The position numbers and the translations under genes are program-made. The notes beneath the pieces are model-generated. The model was not told the DNA's origin. It was given only the letters and a program-made list of their open reading frames with translations, and ran no database searches. Positions 9,448 through 19,100 of a DNA stretch of 64,000 nucleotides are shown here, one piece after another. Source of the stretch: a virus (Duplodnaviria > Caudoviricetes); the IMG/VR virus record IMGVR_UViG_3300031994_000013, positions 64,001 through 128,000 of that record, one strand, 5' to 3'. The stretch's first letter is position 1. Every line of letters starts with the position of its first letter.

Positions 9448-10721
9448 CAAAATTTATTTATATAAAATTCGTGAAATTTTATACCATATGGCTTATATTT
9501 TCATATAAGATTAGACTATATTTTCATCTGTCCTAGATGGATATTCTTCGGTCACTTGACCACTTAGTCGTTGAGCCAATTGTTCTGAATTAATTAAACT
9601 TTCATCATTATATGGAATTATAATTAAATTTATATCATTATTTTTACAATATTCTATTTTATCTAAATCTCGTTCTTGTTGAGCTTGAAAGCCAGCATTT
9701 CCACCAAACCATTCTATAGGTTGATAATGTTGAATACCATTATATTCTATGGCATATTTTCTTCCTTGCTCCTCTAAATAAAAATCTAATTTTAATAAAT
9801 GCTTACCGGTATTAATTGTGTATTGCTGCTGAAATGCAAAATTATGTTGTTGCAAATAATTCATTATTTTTCTTTCGCCATGGCTTTTTTTACATCTGGG
9901 GCAGCCTTGTCCATGGCAAAAATTATATTGACTAGTTTCATATTTAAATCCACAAGCATTATGTTGAACTAAAATTCTACGAGAACCATTTTTATTCTTT
10001 TTTAAATTTTCCGATTGTAATAAAGTATATTCATCGCCCCATAAACGGTAAATTTGTTCTTTAATCATTTCTTCTGTATAAGTACCAGGTCGAGATTCAC
10101 ACCAAGGACAATTAGTAATTCCTAATGCAAACATCACAACTGGAGCTCTTAAAAAAGTATGATTACATTTAATGCATTTCCATCGTGCTTCATCTTGTGA
10201 AGCCCATGATTTTAATCCATCTACTAATTGAATAGTTTCTTTTTTTTGTAAGATATATTCAGCTTTCTTTTGAGCTTCATGTTGTTTTTCTGTAAATGAA
10301 TTATTTTCGCATTTTTTGCATACATTTGTATTTCCTCGCTTCGCCCTACGAGCAATTCTATCTGCACGAGTAAATACATAATGACTTCCACAAATATTAC
10401 AAGTAATTTCGCAAGGTTTCTCAGTAGCAGTATAAACATCTAAAGTAAAATTAGAATCAGGTAATAATTCCATTAAATGAGTATAATAGGTTTCTTTTGT
10501 ATATAACAATTTTCTTCCCATAATTAATTCCTCCATAATTGGTCGCTGATTGTCCATTTGTAATTGTTTAGGCTCTCGCCATGCAATCATCCAAAAACTT
10601 TTTTCCGCTTTCGCACATTCACTTATATTGGAGTAATAAGTTGTAGTATTTTGGCTTTAGGAGTTTCCAGCTTTTAAATATCTTCTTAAATACATATTCC
10701 TATGTATTCACGCAAAAATCT
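9448..10721 (-). mobile_element. Group I intron in terL
   Basis: P1 GCACGU/GCGUG with U-G at 10722; P AAGCUGGAAACUCC, Q AAUCAGCGACC, R CUCAACGACUAA, S GAAAAUAUAGUCU (P7 GACUA/UAGUC); terminal G at 9448; splicing gives SFAR|ESLSIWSG. Confidence 0.88.
9511..10521 (-). CDS. Intron-encoded endonuclease: zinc-ribbon repeats plus Vsr/DUF559-like nuclease domain
   Basis: GGAGG RBS before MGRKLL; several CxxC pairs; SHGE...LDFY...AIEYNGIQHY...RD..K motif; 3' end overlaps intron R/S elements. Confidence 0.75.
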   Translation of the reverse strand: MGRKLLYTKETYYTHLMELLPDSNFTLDVYTATEKPCEITCNICGSHYVFTRADRIARRAKRGNTNVCKKCENNSFTEKQHEAQKKAEYILQKKETIQLVDGLKSWASQDEARWKCIKCNHTFLRAPVVMFALGITNCPWCESRPGTYTEEMIKEQIYRLWGDEYTLLQSENLKKNKNGSRRILVQHNACGFKYETSQYNFCHGQGCPRCKKSHGERKIMNYLQQHNFAFQQQYTINTGKHLLKLDFYLEEQGRKYAIEYNGIQHYQPIEWFGGNAGFQAQQERDLDKIEYCKNNDINLIIIPYNDESLINSEQLAQRLSGQVTEEYPSRTDENIV

Positions 10722-11603
10722 ACGTGCAAATGAGTCTTCGCTAACAGTATTGGAATATCTTTGGTCTAATATAGTTGCTTTATCAATAAGGCCGTAATGT
10801 AGCGGCACTTCATAAGACATGCCCCAGACAAAAGCTTCCCGCGGGCGCAAAACAGCATTTATCGCGCACTCAATTAATTTAGAATACATAAATACAGTGC
10901 GTTCCGCCGCGGTTGTAATGAAAATTTGGGGGCTGGAAGGTTCATCTGGATTTAATGAACCATCCACTTCGCGCCGCTTGACGTTCATTTGCGGCCAAAT
11001 TACTTCATTGAAAGGCGTTTCATCAATGAGGGCGCACTCTTCTAAAATTGCATAGTTCGCGCGCAAACCACGGCTGGTATCTTTTGAGATAACAGAAATA
11101 TGACTACCATTTTTAAAATATAAATCATAATAGTTGTTGCTACTTTTCAAACCAGTCTTGCCATCATCTTCTCTGGTAGCAAGCTCTTTTCGTAGTAAGG
11201 GCCAATGTTGGAATATTTCTTCAAACTTTGCTTGCGCTATTTTAATAACTGTGCCTTTTTGGTCTGATACAATCATTACAGTAGAATTAGGTATTAGAAC
11301 CGCGCGCACTGCTGCCGCTAAATAGGCAGTAAAAGATTTTGAGGTCGCGCGCGTAGCAGTAAGATAGATATAACGATAGCGCATGCAAGCGCGTAACATT
11401 ATGCGTTGAAATGGAAGTAAATGAAAATTTTTCGCGTCAATTGAATCTTGAATTTCGTCTAAGAATAGGTCTGGATTTAATATCCAATAATTTAAATAAT
11501 TAGTAAATAGCTCTTGATTAGAATCTAAAAATTCTTTAGTTAAGACTACACCCTTTTCAATAGGAATGCCGTCTCTTAAAACCATTGCTCTTTCTTCATT
11601 CAT
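10722..11603 (-). CDS. terL: Terminase large subunit, exon 1 (ATPase domain)
   Basis: LLPFQR Q-motif, ATRATSKS Walker A variant, SRGLR, AILEEC Walker B, FITTA motif III. Confidence 0.85.
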
Positions 11604-12528
11604 TTAAATCCTCCTCTAATTCTTTTTCACCTTCATATTCTATTCCCGCTGTGTCATCAAATTCAACTGCTTCATTTTCTATTTCCTCTAGTCGCTCCGT
11701 CATATTGTAGCGTTGCCGCGCATCCTCTACCTGTTCTGCAAAGTTGCCTTCATTTATTACCATTCGTTTAAGATAGTTCTGAATATTTTCCATCATAAAA
11801 TCAATTGAATCTTGTGGTTCATTATGCCATTTTGGGTGCCATCCCTTCTTACCATAATAAACCATTAATTCTCCAACGGACTCAAAGTCTGCTGCGTTTT
11901 TAGCATTAGAGGCATTGAAATTGCAGGTCTTGATAATATTCTCTATCGCGTCCATATCTTTTTTTACATCCAAACCGTCGCGTATGCCTTTTTTCGCGCG
12001 CAAGGTAAGCTCGCATAGGTCGCGCGCCCGCGACTTGAGTATGGGTGTAGAAACATTTTGAGTAGCTAAAATTTGATTATAATAATCGTCGAGAAAAAGT
12101 AATTCTTCGGTTGTATAAACTGGCGACCATTCTTTTTTTAATCGACGCAATTTCGCGCTATTTAATGTATCAATTTCTTCATCAATGATTCCTTCATCGC
12201 GCGCGAGACGCCATCTTTCGTTTTCGTCCGCCCATTGAAGTGATTGATAATGTTCGTCTAATAATGTATTAAAATACGCGGTTAAGGTATGGTCTTTATG
12301 TATAGCATAAAGTTGCGTCCATTTATTTAAATCAAAAGGCACGTCGAGCCAACGACACAATCTATCAACCTCGCCTAAATTGTCTTGTGGCACCATTATT
12401 TCTAAGCATGAGGTGCAGATGTAACAACGATGCGATGGGAAAAATTGTGAAGGCGTATATTGGAAATTATCTTCCGTTTTTTCCTTTTTGCATCTAATGC
12501 ACGTGCGTTTCTTTTTTTCTTCTGTCAT
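11596..12528 (-). CDS. Putative terminase small subunit / zinc-finger protein
   Basis: N-terminal CxxC...CxxC; directly upstream of terL. Confidence 0.5.
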   Translation of the reverse strand: MTEEKKKRTCIRCKKEKTEDNFQYTPSQFFPSHRCYICTSCLEIMVPQDNLGEVDRLCRWLDVPFDLNKWTQLYAIHKDHTLTAYFNTLLDEHYQSLQWADENERWRLARDEGIIDEEIDTLNSAKLRRLKKEWSPVYTTEELLFLDDYYNQILATQNVSTPILKSRARDLCELTLRAKKGIRDGLDVKKDMDAIENIIKTCNFNASNAKNAADFESVGELMVYYGKKGWHPKWHNEPQDSIDFMMENIQNYLKRMVINEGNFAEQVEDARQRYNMTERLEEIENEAVEFDDTAGIEYEGEKELEEDLNE

Positions 12529-13783
12529 ATTGCCCTTGTTCTCCTTTTGCAATACGCGCCTGCCGCTCGCATTCTTTACAACGAGCGGAAAATCCACTAG
12601 CGCGATTATTATTAGTGACATAAAAGTAATTATTTTTTGGAAGCCAACGGCCGCAATCACGACATTTTTGACATTGGGTTTTGGGAGTCTGCCGTAACAT
12701 TCTATCTTTAATTACCGTTTGCGCGATGGCCTCTGGGATTTCTTTACTTATAACGGTATATAAATGACTAATGCCAAACTTTAATCCATATTTTTTTTGA
12801 ACGGAAAATTTAATTTCAGCCTGTGAATATTGTTCCAATTTCATTTGTAAGATAAAATTGCGTAATTCAGAAAAATTTGTTAATTGGCGGTAGCGTTGAA
12901 AATCCATAAGTAAAGTGTGACCGTCCGTGCCTAATTTGTCCCATAAAAGATTATATAAACTTTGGTAATTACAAATTAACGCATAAATATGATTTGGGTC
13001 TTCCCAATTGAAGGTGTGCTGGCGCACCACCCACTTCACTTCTTTTCCTTCATTTCTCACTTCATAATCTTCAATATTTTTTGAAACAGGGAAAAAAGTG
13101 CTATTAACGCGTCTTTCCCATTCGTCGCGCGAAATCCAGTAGAAGGAGTCACTGTTCCAATCTATGTATTGGCGTTTGGGGTGGTCGGCCGCGAGGAAGT
13201 GGATGCAAGGTTTGTAGGCATCTAATAAATAATATTGGTGCCGCCGCAAATCAATTAGTGAATGTTTTAGTTTATATAGACGATAGGGATTATCAAATAG
13301 TGTGTCTTCGGGCTGCGCAGGTATCTTGCCTTCAAGAACGGCTATCCAGTGCTCGTTACGGTCAATGCACTCCCATAATTCTTGCATTCCTGGAATATCA
13401 CCGTCCCCATCATCAATTATTGTGTTTGTTTTTTTATCGTATTTTGGGCGGCGCGGGACACGACGTGGAAGTAAGTAGGGGTCTCTTGTGCCCATCTCAC
13501 GAAATTGCTGTTGGTCAGATAGTGGATTTTCTAAAATTGCGTCAAGTGATACATTTTTATCTTCTTTAGTTTTATAAGAATTGTAACGGGCATCTCTTAT
13601 CATTTCTCCGCGTTGGTAGGCGTTTTTGCCATTTTCGTCTTTACCATATAGTATATAAGAACCCATTTGTTCTAATTCAGCGGGGGAGGGATTTTTATCT
13701 AGTTTATCTAATATATCTTCGACTGCCTTGAGGCGGTCAGTATCTCGTTCAATTGAGTAGTCAAGTGTATAGGGTTTTTTCAT
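12494..13783 (-). CDS. Hypothetical protein with possible HTH and C-terminal zinc finger
   Basis: GGAGG RBS before MKKPY; CRDC...CKEC near the C-terminus; first gene of the packaging operon. Confidence 0.6.
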   Translation of the reverse strand: MKKPYTLDYSIERDTDRLKAVEDILDKLDKNPSPAELEQMGSYILYGKDENGKNAYQRGEMIRDARYNSYKTKEDKNVSLDAILENPLSDQQQFREMGTRDPYLLPRRVPRRPKYDKKTNTIIDDGDGDIPGMQELWECIDRNEHWIAVLEGKIPAQPEDTLFDNPYRLYKLKHSLIDLRRHQYYLLDAYKPCIHFLAADHPKRQYIDWNSDSFYWISRDEWERRVNSTFFPVSKNIEDYEVRNEGKEVKWVVRQHTFNWEDPNHIYALICNYQSLYNLLWDKLGTDGHTLLMDFQRYRQLTNFSELRNFILQMKLEQYSQAEIKFSVQKKYGLKFGISHLYTVISKEIPEAIAQTVIKDRMLRQTPKTQCQKCRDCGRWLPKNNYFYVTNNNRASGFSARCKECERQARIAKGEQGQYDRRKKETHVH

Positions 13784-13839
13784 TTTGGAAACCTCCATAG
13801 TGATTTTGGAGTGAGTATTTTCATACTCTGACCGATTAT

Positions 13840-13868
13840 ATTATAACATATAAATTGAAAAAAGTCAA
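13840..13868 (-). promoter_or_regulatory. Sigma-A-type promoter of the packaging operon
   Basis: TTGACT-17-TATAAT on the minus strand. Confidence 0.6.
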
Positions 13869-13962
13869 GTATTGGATTTAAAAAGTTGGTGGGAAAAGGG
13901 CAGGGCCGGGGTGCGCCAGATGACAACTGTCATCCGCGCCCTAAACTACCGCCCCGCTTTCA

Positions 13963-14489
13963 CACAGTAAAGCGTTAAAGTGTCAATTTATAAAAAAGCA
14001 CTTGAATTTTGCAAAGCGTTTTTATTACAATTTTAGATTATTTTTACAGTCTAAAATCTTTATTTTTAATCGCCCGCAAAATATATCTACTTAACGGATA
14101 CTTAACAAAAAAATTTTCAAATTCTATTGACAGACGTTTTACTATATGATATAATTAAATCATCAAATGAAAGAGAGGAACACACAAATGAAAGACCAGT
14201 TTATTGAGAACATGATACGCGCGACCATTGATAATGGTGGAATGACGGAACGTGAAAAAGACTTTTTTAAGGCAAAAGCGCGCAAGCTTTGGGAAAGTAG
14301 CAAACTAACGGATGAAGAGGTAAATGGTATATTCTACATCATTAACCACATCGTTAAGACGTTAAAAGAAGTCGCATAAAGCGACTTCTTTTTTTTACTA
14401 TAATACTTTATCGCAGTAAAGCATTAAAGTGCTATCATGCAAAAAAGCGCTTGCAGTTTGCAAGCGCTTTTTATTGTAATTTTAGATTG
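13963..14489 (+). repeat. Imperfect ~77-bp direct repeat (about 13963-14039 and 14412-14489) flanking one ORF
   Basis: Both copies read CAGTAAAGCRTTAAAGTG...AAAAAAGCRCTTG...TTTGCAA...TTTTTATTRYAATTTTAGATT. Confidence 0.7.
14188..14379 (+). CDS. Small hypothetical protein
   Basis: TTGACA-17-TATAAT promoter, GAGG RBS, stop inside hairpin GAAGTCGC/GCGACTTC followed by a U-tract. Confidence 0.7.
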   Translation: MKDQFIENMIRATIDNGGMTEREKDFFKAKARKLWESSKLTDEEVNGIFYIINHIVKTLKEVA

Positions 14490-15276
14490 TTTCTAATGAT
14501 ACGATAAAATCATTTTCAAGCGCGGCGATAAACATTTTATAAAATTGCGCGTTATATTGTACCATAATTTTTCCGCTTTTGATTGTTATAATTTTTCCGC
14601 GCCGCAAAGATTGCAGTTTATAAAAGTCGTATTTATCCGCAAATATTGCGCTATATGCTTTTATTATTGCAATCGCCGTTTTTATATCGCCTTGCATACA
14701 AGCGTTATAGACTTGTGCTTTAGTTTCATCGTCAAAAACGCCGTAAATCAATGCTTTATAATCGCCGCTTAAAAAGTCAATTGCGCTTCCTTGATTGAAT
14801 GTTTTGCCGTTATGCCCTATTTCTATTTTTCCGTATTTTTTAGAAATAACGTCGAAGTCGTCAAGTTCCCTAACTGTCAATTGCCTTGACTTGATTAGAT
14901 TAATATTCTTTACAAGCGCGCATTTAACTAACACTTCGTATAAGTCGCCAAACGCGCCAAAATCGCCATCTTTATATATTCCTTGCGCGTTTTGTTCGCC
15001 GTCGGCTTTTTCTTGCGCTAATAGGGCGATATAGTCAAAGACGTTTATAGTCTTTAATTTAATCGCTTTAGCGGCCACTTTAGCGCAAGCATAAGCATAA
15101 TAAAGCGGAGTGTCGGAAGTGGTAAAGATTGCAGGATAATTCGCAATAGCATACGCTATAACACGCTCTGCACACGCGCTAATTGTTGCTTTATCCTTGA
15201 TTAATCCTATATCATGATTAATCAATGCGTCAAGCGTCTTTACTTGTACCATGGTCAATCTGTAGTCGTGTAACAT
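14482..15276 (-). CDS. Hypothetical protein (possible PD-(D/E)xK-like fold)
   Basis: 264 aa ORF with own promoter and AAAGGGG RBS; GDLYE...DFDV...KIEIG pattern. Confidence 0.6.
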   Translation of the reverse strand: MLHDYRLTMVQVKTLDALINHDIGLIKDKATISACAERVIAYAIANYPAIFTTSDTPLYYAYACAKVAAKAIKLKTINVFDYIALLAQEKADGEQNAQGIYKDGDFGAFGDLYEVLVKCALVKNINLIKSRQLTVRELDDFDVISKKYGKIEIGHNGKTFNQGSAIDFLSGDYKALIYGVFDDETKAQVYNACMQGDIKTAIAIIKAYSAIFADKYDFYKLQSLRRGKIITIKSGKIMVQYNAQFYKMFIAALENDFIVSLETI

Positions 15277-15428
15277 GTTCTTTTCCCCTTTTCCGCGCTT
15301 GTTTGCGCTTGTTTTTTTTGTTTCATCGTTTGAAACAAGTACATTATAAAGCAAAATGGCGCATTATTCTATCAAGTTTCTGTTAAGTATTTTTTTTATG
15401 CAATATGCACAAAATTATTATTGTACCA

Positions 15429-15464
15429 AACTTAAAAATCAACTTAAAAATTAACTTAAAAATC
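15429..15464 (+). repeat. Three tandem 12-bp repeats AACTTAAAAATY
   Basis: Read directly. Confidence 0.85.
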
Positions 15465-15526
15465 ACATCCAAAAAGGGGGCTTGATTTTAGTATTTTTTT
15501 AGTTTATTATATGCTTGATAAATGTT

Positions 15527-15553
15527 TTAGCACTCTTATTTAACGAGTGCTAA
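15527..15553. promoter_or_regulatory. CIRCE element (HrcA operator)
   Basis: Exact TTAGCACTC-N9-GAGTGCTAA, downstream of TTGATT-17-TATTAT at 15482-15510. Confidence 0.9.
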
Positions 15554-15833
15554 CAGGAAAGGGAGATTGTAAAAAATGAAACACAAATTTAACACTTTAC
15601 AGTTTAGCGCAAGTTTGGTAAAATTCTGGTTAAGACTAACTTTACGAAATATGCGCAAAAACTTTACAATTTTCGGCTTAACCGAAACTTTACGAAAAAC
15701 AAGCGAAATCTTAATTAATGCAATCTTAACGAAAACTACCGAAAATCTTAACGTCTGGCGAGTGGTCGATGCGTCCGCAGGGCAGATCACGCGCAGCAAC
15801 CAGCACGCACCAGGACTATATACGCACAGGACG

Positions 15834-15901
15834 AGCTGGAAGCTGGAAGCTGGAAGCGAGCTGGAAGCTGGAAGCGAGCTGGAAGCAAGCTGAAAGCTGG
15901 A
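15834..15901 (+). repeat. AGCTGGA tandem cluster, left of the cassette array
   Basis: 7 perfect copies plus 1 variant. Confidence 0.85.
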
Positions 15902-15980
15902 GAAATTAACACAAAAATAACTTGCATCTGCAAGCTGAAACGAGTATAATATAATCATAAAAAACAAGGAGGTTGCTACT

Positions 15981-16133
15981 ATGTACGACATTTTCCACAT
16001 CGGCAAAGTTTTTGAGGTCTGGAAGCAAGACGGATGCGGCGGCAGCGAGAAAAAAGCAAGCTTCAAATCAGAAGCAGCAGCACGCAACTACATCAAGCGT
16101 CAAGGCGGCGAGCTTAATAAAATCTACGGCTAA
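15981..16133 (+). CDS. Small hypothetical protein (50 aa)
   Basis: AAGGAGG RBS, MYDIFHIGKVF...; followed by GCAA-loop terminator AAGGACGC/GCGTCCTT. Confidence 0.7.
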   Translation: MYDIFHIGKVFEVWKQDGCGGSEKKASFKSEAAARNYIKRQGGELNKIYG

Positions 16134-16402
16134 GGACGCGCAAGCGTCCTTTTGGGATTTGGATGTTACACATCCAATTTCCTAACGCAGAAGCAATGTT
16201 AAATCTTTGTAAAGCCTATTGACTTTACAACTTAATGGGTATATAATAGTAGGTAAAAGTCGCAAGCGCAAGCGCACAATAAGGAATAAACCTCATTGTT
16301 GATTTTTTGAATACTTAATATCCAACTTAACCAACAATTAACTTGACTATTTATATAGATAGTGATATAATGATACCATCAAAAGAGAGGAGATAAACAA
16401 CT

Positions 16403-16672
16403 ATGAAGATTGTAGTAAATAGGTGCTTTGGTGGGTTCAGCGTGAGCGATGAAGCTTGCGAAGCGTTAGGACTGGATAGCATATACGGCGCAGACAGATA
16501 CGATGAGCGCTTGATTCACATGGTAGAAGATAACGCATACGAAACAAGTGGCTGGGCTGCGAAGCTGGCAGTGGTAGAAATACCAGACGAAGCAACAGAC
16601 CATATTATTATTGACTACGATGGTTGTGAGTCAGTGTGCTATGTAGTAGATGGCAAAATCTACAGGACGTGA
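16403..16672 (+). CDS. Conserved phage hypothetical protein (MKIVVNRCFGGF type)
   Basis: Promoter, RBS, recognisable phage-family motifs GGF and YDGCE. Confidence 0.8.
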   Translation: MKIVVNRCFGGFSVSDEACEALGLDSIYGADRYDERLIHMVEDNAYETSGWAAKLAVVEIPDEATDHIIIDYDGCESVCYVVDGKIYRT

Positions 16673-16803
16673 AAACGTCCTAAGCTTTTTTTGGATGTTA
16701 AACATCCAACTTATATTGCTATGTTAAATATATGTTAATGCACTTGACAAGTATGTATGTATATGGTATAATAGGACTATCAAAAGCAAAGGAGAACAAA
16801 ATC

Positions 16804-17028
16804 ATGGCGCTTCAAAAAATTAATAAGTCTCGCGCCCGTAAAGCGTTCAACGCTAATCAACCCATTTGGATAACAGCATGTTACATGCGTCCCGAAACTG
16901 GCATTCGTTTGAATAGTGAATGTTATGCAGATTTAGAACATGATTTTGATAAAATTGTAAATGCATTTCAATACTACAATTGTAGTAATGAGACTGGGCG
17001 TTATCCCGCATACTACATTGAAACTTAA
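16804..17028 (+). CDS. Phage hypothetical protein
   Basis: AAGGAG RBS; FQYYNC..ETGRYPAYY motif. Confidence 0.75.
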   Translation: MALQKINKSRARKAFNANQPIWITACYMRPETGIRLNSECYADLEHDFDKIVNAFQYYNCSNETGRYPAYYIET

Positions 17029-17180
17029 CAGAGTGGCGCATACGCGCCTTTCTACTTATATTTTGGATGTTAAACATCCAACTTTTTCTGCCTTTTCTTC
17101 AAAACTTAACATAAAAAACTCTTGCTTTTATTCCGACACTATGATATAATTACATCATCAAATGAAGGAGGGGTTATCCT

Positions 17181-17432
17181 ATGAAAAACTACTACATCAA
17201 GTTCTACGGCAACGCGCGTGACCTTGCTATTGCAATCAGCACCTTTGAAACTGTTTGCATGTTAGTTTTCAATGTGCGCCCATTAAAAATATATACGCAC
17301 AACGGCGGGCGCGTTGTAGAGTATCCCGCAACAATGAAAAAATTCAATGAATTTTACAAAGTTGCAATACAGCGCTTGCAGGAAGAACGCGACTTTCGCG
17401 GAAAAATTCCGCGCATCGTCGTCCCAGTATAA
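17181..17432 (+). CDS. Hypothetical protein
   Basis: Cassette promoter, GGAGG RBS, stop in hairpin loop. Confidence 0.75.
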   Translation: MKNYYIKFYGNARDLAIAISTFETVCMLVFNVRPLKIYTHNGGRVVEYPATMKKFNEFYKVAIQRLQEERDFRGKIPRIVVPV

Positions 17433-17557
17433 CTGGGGCGATAAGAATTGGATGTTAAACATCCAATATAGCGCATGACTATTTAATATAATCTTAACTT
17501 GACTTATTATATCCTATATGATATAATTATATCATCAAATGAAAGAGAGGAAAACTT

Positions 17558-17851
17558 ATGGAACTTATGAACGCCGAAGTTGCCCGCGCGAATGTCTCGG
17601 AACTTTATAACAACGTCCGCAAATGTATTTTACATACAGAGATTCCAAACTACATTGCCGAACTTAATAAAGCAATAGAAGAAGCAAGTAAAAAAGGCCG
17701 TCAGTCCATAGGGCGCAATTTGCCGCCATTTGATAATACAGACTTGGGGCAATTTGCTTCCAGATGCTTTATAGACGAACTCACAAAGATTGTACGAAAC
17801 GCAGGTTATACTATGCAATATCAATCAACACGCATAACATTAGGGTGGTAA
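17558..17851 (+). CDS. Hypothetical protein
   Basis: Cassette promoter, RBS, stop in hairpin loop. Confidence 0.75.
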   Translation: MELMNAEVARANVSELYNNVRKCILHTEIPNYIAELNKAIEEASKKGRQSIGRNLPPFDNTDLGQFASRCFIDELTKIVRNAGYTMQYQSTRITLGW

Positions 17852-18015
17852 TACCACTCTTATTGTTTTGGATGTTAAACATCCAACTTATCAACTCTTG
17901 CAATTTCATTTTTGTTTTTTATATAAAATTAACAAATTTTAATTTGATTTTCTATTGACAAAACTAACCCCATATGGTATAATTTCAATATCAAATGAAA
18001 GGAGAAAACAAGGTT

Positions 18016-18276
18016 ATGTGGTTGTTCTACGAGTACGGAAACTATATCCCTATGGGTAGTGATGGCGAATGGAAGTTACCCAGCGATGTTAAGTCTATGA
18101 AAAAATTGCGCGAAATGGCAACAAGCTTTCTCGGGCATAGATCAGGGCGCGTATATTGTATGCGGGCATGGACGCAGGAAATGTGCGAATTAACACCAGA
18201 TAATTTTGTCGCGTACATTATGCGTCACGGGCAACTACTTGCGTGGAGTCCAGGGTGCGCGCCGCAGGGGAGATAA
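18016..18276 (+). CDS. Hypothetical protein
   Basis: Cassette promoter, AAAGGAG RBS. Confidence 0.7.
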   Translation: MWLFYEYGNYIPMGSDGEWKLPSDVKSMKKLREMATSFLGHRSGRVYCMRAWTQEMCELTPDNFVAYIMRHGQLLAWSPGCAPQGR

Positions 18277-18410
18277 ATCCCCTTACGGGATTTGGATGTT
18301 AAACATCCAATTTCATTTTCCGCTTTAATCTATAATTAACATAAAAAACTATTGACAGTATCCCGAAACTATGTTATAATTATATCATCAAAAGAGAGGA
18401 GAAAAAAACA

Positions 18411-18638
18411 ATGACTATCAAGCAAGAAATCAGCATCCGCGACTTTGAATTCTGGGGCAACGCCGAAACAAACGCAAGCAAATTTACAGAAGAAGAGTGG
18501 GACGCAATTGAATTTGAATTAGAAGAACTTTATCCCGAAGGAATAGACTGCACCGAATTGAACGACAAATTTTCATTCTACATTGAAGATATTCTAAATA
18601 TAATCGGCATTACTGAAGAAGAATGGGAGGCGCGTTGA
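18411..18638 (+). CDS. Small acidic hypothetical protein
   Basis: Cassette promoter, RBS; strongly D/E-rich 75 aa. Confidence 0.8.
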   Translation: MTIKQEISIRDFEFWGNAETNASKFTEEEWDAIEFELEELYPEGIDCTELNDKFSFYIEDILNIIGITEEEWEAR

Positions 18639-18764
18639 GCGCCTCCGAGAAATTTGGATGTTAAACATCCAACTTTTACCATGGCGGCATTAACCGAAAC
18701 TTAACTTGACTTCTTACCCCTTGTGTGATACACTTATATCATCAAGTGAAGGGAGACAAAAACC

Positions 18765-18941
18765 ATGTTTGATATCATCGTTGTATATTCCAGCCTCATC
18801 AGCGCCAAATACTCCTTTACCTCCGAGCGCGCAGCTTGGGAAGCCGTTTCTATTCTTCAAAATAAAGACGCGGCTGCCGCGATTTTCGTCTATGACGACC
18901 ATCATCTCATATGGTCGTGTAACGACCCATTCGAGGAATAA
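18765..18941 (+). CDS. Small hypothetical protein (58 aa, not in ORF track)
   Basis: MFDIIVVYSS...NDPFEE; GGGAG RBS; stop in hairpin ATTCGAGGA/TCCTCGAAT. Confidence 0.7.
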   Translation: MFDIIVVYSSLISAKYSFTSERAAWEAVSILQNKDAAAAIFVYDDHHLIWSCNDPFEE

Positions 18942-19100
18942 TCCTCGAATGAAAAAAGTTGGATGTTAAACATCCAAATTATTTTCCGCGCGAATTTACC
19001 GCAACTTAACATAAAAAACTATTGACAAAATAGACCCCCTATGATATAATATAATTGTTCCAAAGGAAAGGAACAAATAAAAATTATGGAGGCTGCTACA

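Noticed and set aside
15396-15412. TTATGCAATATGCACAA as a Rex operator
   Set aside because: 17 bp rather than the 18-bp Rex spacing, and a single imperfect copy
15536-16185. ORFs 15536-16087(-), 15576-15893(+), 15973-16185(+)
   Set aside because: Made of regulatory repeats or overlapping the better-supported 15981-16133 gene; 15576 has an RBS so is not fully excluded
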